DNA of 64,000 bases from an uncultured Clostridia bacterium. Lineage in GTDB: Bacteria > Bacillota > Clostridia > Oscillospirales > Acutalibacteraceae. Both the position numbers and the translations under genes were made by a program. The stretch is from the NCBI GenBank assembly GCA_937915775.1, contig CALGGQ010000352.1, positions 343 through 64,342 on the forward strand. Direction: 5' to 3'. Below, piece after piece: positions 57,346-64,000 of this stretch (its first letter is position 1; every line of letters begins with the position of its first letter). Under the pieces are notes generated by a model. The model saw only the letters and a program-made list of their open reading frames with translations, was not told where the DNA came from and did not search any database.

Positions 57346-57626
57346 TCCTTTGAGTTAGTACATGGCCTGGATAGACAAATGCACAATGCTTGTCTATTCA
57401 GGTTTTTTTATTAAAAATGGACGTTATTCGCCCTGTTAAACGGTTTTATTGAGGAGCAAAGTGAAAGCTCCACTATATAAATAATAATCTGGTGTTTTTG
57501 GATGCATACAGAAACGGCGGATACATATAGCAATAACTCCACATTGGAAAAGTTGTTATAGGTACCCTCTTTTTGTTGCGTCCTTTTATGTATCCGTCTG
57601 CTTTGCCAGAGCAGAAAGGATACAAA

Positions 57627-58022
57627 ATGAAAAAGATTAGATACACTTTTGCTAACGGAGAAACATCCAAAATTGAAGTAAATGATGAGCTCGCTGCTGT
57701 TATCGCTGAATGCGACAGAGTTGAACACGCAAATGATGAAAAGCAGCGTTACCATTGTTATTCATTAGATGAGTGTGATTATGAAGGTGCCGATTTTGCT
57801 TGTGAGGACGAGGGATTTGAAAGATTATTTGAAGATAACAAAGATAGCGAAAAGCTATCTGTGGCGCTTACAAGTCTCACAGAGTGTCAGTTTTCTGCTG
57901 TTCAAGCGGTATTTTTTGAAGGCATGACGCAAGAAGAATATGCCAAAAGAAAAGGTATTAAACAATCAGCAGTATCGCAACATTTATCGGCTGCAATAAA
58001 AAAAATAAAAAAATTTTTTTAA
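57627..58022 (+). CDS. Sigma-70 region-4 domain protein (ICE activator type)
   Basis: SLD linker; LTSLTECQ...FFEGMTQEEYA...KQSAVSQHL...KKIKKFF; GAAAGGA RBS before ATG 57627. Confidence 0.85.
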   Translation: MKKIRYTFANGETSKIEVNDELAAVIAECDRVEHANDEKQRYHCYSLDECDYEGADFACEDEGFERLFEDNKDSEKLSVALTSLTECQFSAVQAVFFEGMTQEEYAKRKGIKQSAVSQHLSAAIKKIKKFF

Positions 58023-58057
58023 AACTACTTATATTTTCACTTTGAAATCTGCGTATA

Positions 58058-58412
58058 GTGAAGGGGTTGTTTTCCATCCTCTTCACGAACCTTGAAAAGT
58101 GAATACCCATTCGTCAGTAACATCAATTCCAATGTTCTTTGAAAAAGGACAAGCCACTTTATGTGCCACGCCAAGACCTCTCCTTGAGAGTGAGCGATAA
58201 AGACACATATAAGTATAAGCCCGCAGCTTATATGGCGACGACAGTTGGAAGGATAATGGTACTCCCGTAAGGACAATGAACGATGACGGTTTATTCCATA
58301 CGGCTCGGAGAGAACCTCGGAGGGGTGAGATTCCCGTGGAGCAGATTAGCACTCTGCCTGCTGACGACTTCCCAAGTGATATTCACTTGCACAAGGGGTG
58401 TCGAGGACAAAT
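58058..58412 (+). ncRNA. Candidate structured non-coding leader RNA, copy 1
   Basis: Conserved blocks and compensating stems shared with 62027-62347. Confidence 0.65.
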
Positions 58413-58533
58413 GTTGTGCGTATCCGTTTGTTAGTTTCATTTTAGCAATAGTCTGAGATTAACCGACGATATTACATAGCACTCATTTGTTCCGAATGGG
58501 TATTTGCACTTTCAAATAATACGGAGGTGTAAA

Positions 58534-59088
58534 ATGGAAAATCAGAATTTAATCAAACGAGGCAGTATTTTTTACTATGATTTAGGAGCAACAGATGGCT
58601 CGGTACAAAGCGGAACAAGACCTGTAATGATTGTTCAAAACGATAAAGGAAACTTTTACAGTCCTACTTTAATTGTCGTGCCAATAACAAGTGTTCCTAA
58701 AAAGTTTTATATGCCTACCCATGTGTTTATCGGAACACAGTTCGGTTTGACAGAAGATTCAATGTTACTTGCCGAACAATTAACAACAATAAGCAAAGAT
58801 AGTCTGCGAGAGTTTATAGGAGTGGCTACAAAGGACTTTATGAGGCAGGTTGACCGTGCGTTAGCGATAAGTATAGGGTTAACCCGAAAAAGCCGTAAAA
58901 AGACCTTTGAGGCGTGTCTATGTCCTACTTGCTTAAACAACTTTTTTGTAACTCACAACTATATCATCCGAAGGATAGATAAATTTCAAACAGAAAAAGA
59001 CACTTGCACTTACTGTCAGCAGCGTCTTGGATATGATTACCGAATTATAGATAGGAAAGAGAGGAATACAGATGACCGTAGCAGCTGA
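58534..59088 (+). CDS. PemK/MazF-family protein with C-terminal Cys-rich extension
   Basis: RGSIFY.DL...GSVQSGTRPVMIVQND.GN..SPT.IVVPITS, EQLTTI; CLCPTC and CTYC. Confidence 0.85.
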   Translation: MENQNLIKRGSIFYYDLGATDGSVQSGTRPVMIVQNDKGNFYSPTLIVVPITSVPKKFYMPTHVFIGTQFGLTEDSMLLAEQLTTISKDSLREFIGVATKDFMRQVDRALAISIGLTRKSRKKTFEACLCPTCLNNFFVTHNYIIRRIDKFQTEKDTCTYCQQRLGYDYRIIDRKERNTDDRSS

Positions 59089-59269
59089 AAAACGAGTATA
59101 TACAGTTAGTGAAATAATGAGTATTCTTGATATAAGTCATTGTACGGCGTACGCTCTTATTAAATCCAGACAGTTCAAGAGCGTTAAGGTCGGCAAGGGA
59201 TACAGAATATCAAAAAAGAGCTTTGATAATTGGCTCAATGAAAACGAATCCTGTCAATTATGCGATTAA
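59072..59269 (+). CDS. Excisionase-like HTH protein
   Basis: VYTVSEI..IL.IS..TAY.LI...F..VKVG...RISKKSFDNWL. Confidence 0.85.
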   Translation: MTVAAEKRVYTVSEIMSILDISHCTAYALIKSRQFKSVKVGKGYRISKKSFDNWLNENESCQLCD

Positions 59270-59356
59270 AATAATCGCATAATTAACATACCTTTTTCCT
59301 TCCCGTATAATGTAGCCGAGCCTAAAGCTTGGCTACATTATATCGGAGGTAATATT

Positions 59357-59557
59357 ATGGCAAAAACAAGTATGTCCGTTATGGAAATGGGCAAATCACT
59401 CGGCTTGAAGAAAACCGAATCCTATTGGTTAGTACATAAAAACTACTTTGAAACCCGTATTGTTGCGGGAAAAATGAGAGTAATGGTTGATAGTTTTGAA
59501 AAATGGTATCAATCACAAAAACACTATAAAAAGGTGTCTGAAAAAACGGAGGTGTGA
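59357..59557 (+). CDS. Excisionase-like HTH protein
   Basis: MSVMEM...LGLKKTESYWLV...MRV..DSFEKWY; GGAGG RBS. Confidence 0.75.
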   Translation: MAKTSMSVMEMGKSLGLKKTESYWLVHKNYFETRIVAGKMRVMVDSFEKWYQSQKHYKKVSEKTEV

Positions 59558-59558
59558 A

Positions 59559-59738
59559 ATGGCAGAAAAAAGAGTGTACACCGTTCAAGAATTAGTAGAA
59601 ATGCTCGGAACAACAAGACAGTACATATATCAGTTAATAAATAACGGTTGTTTCAGAGCGGTAAAAGCCGGAAAGAGATATGTAATCATCAAGTCGAGCT
59701 TTGATGAGTGGCTTGATGGCAAATCCGAGGAGGTTTAA
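59559..59738 (+). CDS. Excisionase-like HTH protein
   Basis: VYTVQEL..MLG..RQYIYQLI...KSSFDEWL; GGAGGTG RBS. Confidence 0.85.
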   Translation: MAEKRVYTVQELVEMLGTTRQYIYQLINNGCFRAVKAGKRYVIIKSSFDEWLDGKSEEV

Positions 59739-59740
59739 TT

Positions 59741-61093
59741 ATGGCATCAATCGTTAAAAGAAGGAATAAGTATTCCGTTGTTTATTATGTTACCGATAAG
59801 GATGGTAATAAAACTCAAAAATGGGAAACCTTTGAAAGTAATACAGAGGCTCGAAAAAGGAAAACCGAAATTGAGTTTCAACAGGAAAACGGCATATTTA
59901 TTGTACCAACAGCAACTACCGTTGACGAACTTATCAATGAGTATTTTAAGGTTTACGGCGTTAATAAGTGGGCATTATCAACTTATGATTCCCGTGTCAG
60001 CCTTTATAATAACTATATCAAGCCATTTCTTGGCGATATGAAAGTAAAGGACATTTCAACCAGAACCATCAATAACTTTTATAGCAAACTACTAACGGTT
60101 CCTGCTGTGTCAAGTAAAACAAGAAAAGCACAAACGGAATATGTTACACCAAGCAGAGTTAAAGAGGTTCACAAACTTCTCAGAACGGCTTTTAAGCAGG
60201 CTGTGATCTGGGAAATGATTGGAAAAAATCCTTGCGATAACGCAATACTCCCAGCCTGCAAGCAGAGCAAACGAGAAATATGGGATATCCCAACCTTGCA
60301 AAAAGCAATGGAGGTATGCGATGATGATGTTCTCCGGTTGGCTATGCACATGAGCTTTGCTGCATCATTAAGAATGGGTGAAATGCTTGGCTTAACATTG
60401 GATTGTATAGATGTTAGCGATAAAGCGATTGAAGAAAATCGTGCTTATATCTATATTGAAAAAGAACTGCAAAGAGTTCGCAGAGGAGCTTTAGAAGCAC
60501 TATCAGAAAAAGATGTGATTTATAAGTTTCCTGCTTGTATCCGTTCAACACATACGGTTCTTTTACTTAAAACTCCTAAAACTGAAACAAGCGTCAGGAA
60601 GGTGTTTTTACCGAAAACGGTTGCCTATATGGTTCAAGAGAGAATTAAGGAAATCGAAGAATGGAAGGAACTGTTTGGGGATGAATTTACAGATTATAAT
60701 CTTCTCTTTTGCAATACGCTTGGCAGACCGATTGAAGGTTCAGTAATTGAAAGAGCAATGGCAAAACTGATAAGAGAGAATGATTTGCCGGAAGTTGTAT
60801 TCCATAGTTTAAGGCATACAAGTATTACCGCTAAACTCAAATATAACGGTGGCGATATTAAATCAGTTCAGGGAGATTCTGGACACGCAAGAGCCGAAAT
60901 GGTAACAGATGTGTATTCCCATATTCTTGATGAGAACAGACAGGCAAATGCAACCCGACTTGATACAATGTTCTATGGTAACGAGCCTGTTGAATCCAAA
61001 CAAGATGATGATCCGATGGCACAAATAACAAAATTGCTTTCAAATCCTGCAACAGCAGAGCTGCTCAAACAATTAGCGAAAACAATGGCTTAA
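59741..61093 (+). CDS. ICE tyrosine integrase
   Basis: Arm-binding-type N-terminus, SLRMGE, PKT, FHSLRH, SGH...VYSH; adjacent to att. Confidence 0.95.
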   Translation: MASIVKRRNKYSVVYYVTDKDGNKTQKWETFESNTEARKRKTEIEFQQENGIFIVPTATTVDELINEYFKVYGVNKWALSTYDSRVSLYNNYIKPFLGDMKVKDISTRTINNFYSKLLTVPAVSSKTRKAQTEYVTPSRVKEVHKLLRTAFKQAVIWEMIGKNPCDNAILPACKQSKREIWDIPTLQKAMEVCDDDVLRLAMHMSFAASLRMGEMLGLTLDCIDVSDKAIEENRAYIYIEKELQRVRRGALEALSEKDVIYKFPACIRSTHTVLLLKTPKTETSVRKVFLPKTVAYMVQERIKEIEEWKELFGDEFTDYNLLFCNTLGRPIEGSVIERAMAKLIRENDLPEVVFHSLRHTSITAKLKYNGGDIKSVQGDSGHARAEMVTDVYSHILDENRQANATRLDTMFYGNEPVESKQDDDPMAQITKLLSNPATAELLKQLAKTMA

Positions 61094-61219
61094 TTAGCGA
61101 GGCACAATCTTTAATGATTGTGCCTTACTTTTATACATTATCTCTTGTATTACAACTTTTGGTGTGTTGCAATGCATACGAAAGCGGCTAATAAGATTAC
61201 ATATATTATTATGGCATTA

Positions 61220-61352
61220 GGTGGTAATGAAATAACATTATATGACAAATGACCTAAACCCATTTTCAAATTTGCTTGCTAATAGCCTGCTAATAAGAAG
61301 CAATAGTTTAAGGTAGAATTAGCAAGAAAAAGGTAGTAATGAAATAACATTA
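61220..61352. repeat. Direct repeat ggtRgtaatgaaataacatta x2 in the att arm
   Basis: gtaatgaaataacatta at 61224-61240 and 61336-61352. Confidence 0.8.
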
Positions 61353-61425
61353 CACTTGCACGAAAACCGCATAACTTAGCGATTTTTAGCAAAAGGTAGC
61401 GTCCAAACGACAGATTTGAATCGTA

Positions 61426-61470
61426 CTCCTAAGCGAAAGGCCGTGGGTTCGAATCCCGCCAGGGACGCCA
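61426..61470 (+). tRNA. 3' half of tRNA-Arg(CCT), att core (not an intact tRNA)
   Basis: ctCCTaa anticodon loop, gtgggttcgaatcccgc T-arm, cagggacgCCA end; no matching 5' acceptor strand or D-arm upstream. Confidence 0.88.
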
Positions 61471-61473
61471 AAA

Positions 61474-61523
61474 AACGCCGAGAAACACTGGATTTTTCCA
61501 AGTGTCCTCGGCGTTATTTTTTT
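61474..61523 (+). terminator. Terminator-like hairpin after the tRNA fragment
   Basis: aacgccgag..acactgga/tcca.gtgt..ctcggcgtt plus T-run. Confidence 0.7.
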
Positions 61524-62026
61524 ACACATCCGGTGAAAAACTGTTAGCATGCTAACAAAAACACCTTACGCAACTTGCACATTAGCAATCCCATAAGAAA
61601 CCACTCTCTTTTGAGTTCAACGCCTCCTTGCTAACAATTGTTAGCAACAATCGGAGCATCTTGCTAACAAAAATGCCCTTTTTGCTAACACCAGCGTTAT
61701 GACACCTCAAAACCTTGCAAACAATGCATGGCAGATGATCCTCTGTTCGGCGCGTTATAAACTCAACCTCTCATTGATTTATTCCCATATTCACAAGCTC
61801 CTAAACGCTCTTTTCAATTTGGAAATGGTCAATAACTAATCCAAATGAAGCCCAAATCTTTATCTATCTGCTCGGTCTAATCCGAGCTTTTTGTTTTTCA
61901 CTTCTTTATTCTCCATCTCATGGTTCTCGATCCGAGGTTAGCTTCGGCATCACCTTTGGAAATAATATATTTTCCATTTTTGCAAGATTCTACTAGCCCA
62001 ATTTTTCATTTTTGTTTCCCAAAGAA

Positions 62027-62347
62027 GGTGAGAGGGTTCTTCAGAGAAACCTCACAAGCACCTTCAAAACCGAATACACAGGTAATCAGATACGTTCCCT
62101 GCAAGATGGGTGAATTCCTCAAGCCGAAGCCGTAGATGCGCCAAGACCTTCCGAAAGGAAGCGAGCGAAAAACATTTATACGACGATAATCCGGGTAGCT
62201 ACCGGCAGGCGATGACCATTGCAGCGCGGATAATGATACTTCTCTACGGAGCGGCTGGAGAACCCAGCCGGGGTGAGATTCCCATGAGCCTAAACGCTGA
62301 TAGGCGTCTGATTGCTTCCCATAGCGTATGGGGGTTGAGAACGAATA
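62027..62347 (+). ncRNA. Candidate structured non-coding leader RNA, copy 2
   Basis: Homologous to 58058-58412. Confidence 0.65.
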
Positions 62348-62449
62348 ATACGCATGACATATCAAAAGCACCGTCTCGGGATCGTCGGTGCAACCTTCAT
62401 AAAACGATCCCACCATAAAAACAAAAAACGAAAGGAAATCAAAACCAAC

Positions 62450-63235
62450 ATGAAATACGCAAAAATCATTTCCATCATCAACCAGAAGGGCGGCGTCGGA
62501 AAGACAACGACCGCTTTGAACCTCGGCATCGGTCTTGCCCGCAGAAAGAAGAAAGTCCTGCTCGTAGACGCAGACTCCCAGGGCAGCTTGACCGTCAGCC
62601 TCGGCGAGCATGATCTGGACAGCATCCATCTCTCGCTCGCTTCCCTCATGTACGGAGTTGTTATGAATCGACCCATCGACCCGCACGACGCCATCCTCCA
62701 TAACCGGGAAGGCGTGGACTTCATTCCCAGCAACCATGAGCTGTCCGGCGTCAGCACCGCTTTGACCTCTCTCCCCAACCGCGAGTTCATTCTCAAAGCC
62801 GTGCTGGATTCCCTTCGGGAAGAGTATGACTACATCCTGATCGACTGTCTCCCCTCTCTCGGGTTGGTGGCGCTCAATTCGCTCGTCGCCGCTGACAGCG
62901 TAATCATTCCGTGTCACCCGGCGTACCTCTCGACGAAAGGGTTGAATGTTCTCCTTCGCACGATCTCTAAGACGCAGCGTGTGTTGAATCCCACGCTGAA
63001 GATCGACGGCATTCTGCTGACCTGTGCAGACATCTACACGAAGAACGCGAAAGAGATCATGCAAGCCCTCCGAGACAGCACCAGCGTCCGCATCTTCGAT
63101 ACGGTCATTCCCCGCTCGGTGAAGGTTGCCGAGTGCAGTCAGATGGGTGTCAGCATCTACAGGCATAATCGCACCGGCAAGGTCACCGCGGCATACGAGG
63201 ATCTGATTGACGAGGTGCTGTCGTATGGCATCTAA
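62450..63235 (+). CDS. parA: ParA/Soj ATPase
   Basis: [39 protein letters not shown] before ATG 62450. Confidence 0.95.
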   Translation: MKYAKIISIINQKGGVGKTTTALNLGIGLARRKKKVLLVDADSQGSLTVSLGEHDLDSIHLSLASLMYGVVMNRPIDPHDAILHNREGVDFIPSNHELSGVSTALTSLPNREFILKAVLDSLREEYDYILIDCLPSLGLVALNSLVAADSVIIPCHPAYLSTKGLNVLLRTISKTQRVLNPTLKIDGILLTCADIYTKNAKEIMQALRDSTSVRIFDTVIPRSVKVAECSQMGVSIYRHNRTGKVTAAYEDLIDEVLSYGI

Positions 63236-64000
63236 ACAGCGAAAGCCGATTGATCTCGGTCTGGACAATTACGAAGAATTGTTCATGAACGAGCAGGAGC
63301 GAAAAGAAAACCGTCTGCCTCGCATCTATGACATTCCTCTTTCCGAGATCGACGAGTTCCCCGATCACCCCTTCCAAGTTCGTATGGACGAGGACATGGA
63401 TCAGCTCGTCGAAAGTGTCAAGGAGCGAGGCGTCATAACGCCGGTCACTCTCCGCAGGAAAGAGGATGACAGATACGAGACTGTTTCCGGTCACAGACGC
63501 ATCAAGGCATGTGAGCTTGCGGGGCTTGAAACCGTCCCTGCGGAAATCAAAGAACTGACGAGGGATGAAGCGATCCTCCTCATGGTCGATTCCAACTTGC
63601 AACGTTCCTACATTCTCCCAAGCGAGAAGGCAATGGCGTACAAGATGCGTGTCGAAGCACTTAAAAGACAGCAAGGTGTGCGAACAGATTTAACTTCTGT
63701 CCCACTGGGACAGAAGTTGGAGTCGAGAACGACGAGAGAGATAGTTGCGGATAATTCTCCTGACAGCTATACGCAAATCCAACGATATATTCGCCTCACA
63801 GAGCTTGCCCCCGATCTTCTCCAAATGGTAGACGAAGGCAAGATCGCCATGCGTCCCGCCGTTGAACTGTCGTATCTGAACGACATCGAACAGCAAGACC
63901 TCATTGCCGCCATTGACGAGGCGGACGCCACACCTTCCCATGCGCAGGCGATCAAGATGCGGAACTTTTCAAAGGAAGGCAAGCTCAACCCCGAAGTGAT
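63225..64000 (+). CDS. parB: ParB/RepB/Spo0J-family protein, 3' truncated by the window
   Basis: MASKQRK...[27 protein letters not shown]...SGHRR...DSNLQR; no stop before the window end, so absent from the ORF track. Confidence 0.92.
   Translation, partial: MASKQRKPIDLGLDNYEELFMNEQERKENRLPRIYDIPLSEIDEFPDHPFQVRMDEDMDQLVESVKERGVITPVTLRRKEDDRYETVSGHRRIKACELAGLETVPAEIKELTRDEAILLMVDSNLQRSYILPSEKAMAYKMRVEALKRQQGVRTDLTSVPLGQKLESRTTREIVADNSPDSYTQIQRYIRLTELAPDLLQMVDEGKIAMRPAVELSYLNDIEQQDLIAAIDEADATPSHAQAIKMRNFSKEGKLNPEV

Larger units (their letters stand above)
1..61470. mobile_element. Integrative conjugative element (left end outside window), tyrosine integrase, inserted in a tRNA-Arg(CCT) gene
   Basis: Relaxase/MobC, VirD4, VirB4, VirB6, PrgI and cell-wall hydrolase genes co-oriented on +; xis-like genes and integrase abut a tRNA 3' fragment at 61426-61470. 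Confidence 0.93.
61471..64000. mobile_element. Start of a second, GC-richer integrated element (runs off the window)
   Basis: TGCTAA repeat cluster, second leader-RNA copy, parA-parB with visibly GC-richer codons. Confidence 0.65.

Noticed and set aside
58058..58412. Group II intron or retroelement
   Set aside because: No reverse transcriptase in the window and no recognisable catalytic domain V or intron boundaries
61394..61470. Intact tRNA-Arg gene
   Set aside because: No 5' acceptor strand complementary to cagggac and no D-arm; only the 3' half is present
61220..61700. CRISPR array
   Set aside because: Repeats are short, irregularly spaced and in mixed orientation; no cas genes
62006..63268. 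420-aa minus-strand ORF (and 63183-63674)
   Set aside because: Antisense shadow of GC-rich parA/parB; no recognisable motifs

Overview
Positions 1 to ~61470 are the right-hand part of a Firmicutes (Clostridia-like) integrative conjugative element (ICE); its left end lies before the window. The backbone (1-28.5 kb) encodes a giant methyltransferase/SNF2-helicase, a primase-like protein, a candidate oriT, MobC, relaxase, VirD4, VirB6, PrgI, VirB4, a class B sortase and a cell-wall hydrolase. It is followed by XRE regulators and a Y-family polymerase/YolD operon, then an AT-rich cargo block (33.5-55.3 kb), then lexA, a sigma-70 region-4 protein, a MazF-like gene, three excisionase-like genes and a tyrosine integrase. 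The ICE ends at the 3' half of a tRNA-Arg(CCT), which is the att site. A second, GC-richer element (parA, parB) starts after it. Top finding: a short tyrosine recombinase gene lies inside a ~1.15 kb segment bounded by a perfect 23-bp inverted repeat with loxP-like architecture. The segment has an outward-facing sigma-A-type promoter at one end and a terminator at the other, and it sits directly in front of an apparently promoterless ~20 kb type VII secretion operon (FHA proteins, phosphatase, kinase, adhesin, EssC, WXG100, effector). I read this as a self-inverting phase-variation switch for a mobile T7SS, captured here in the OFF orientation. Other notable features are a TnpV-like gene overprinted inside the helicase gene, two homologous copies of a ~320-350 nt structured non-coding leader, and a shared C-terminal ...ER tail on many backbone proteins. 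All family assignments come from reading motifs by eye; no database search was run.
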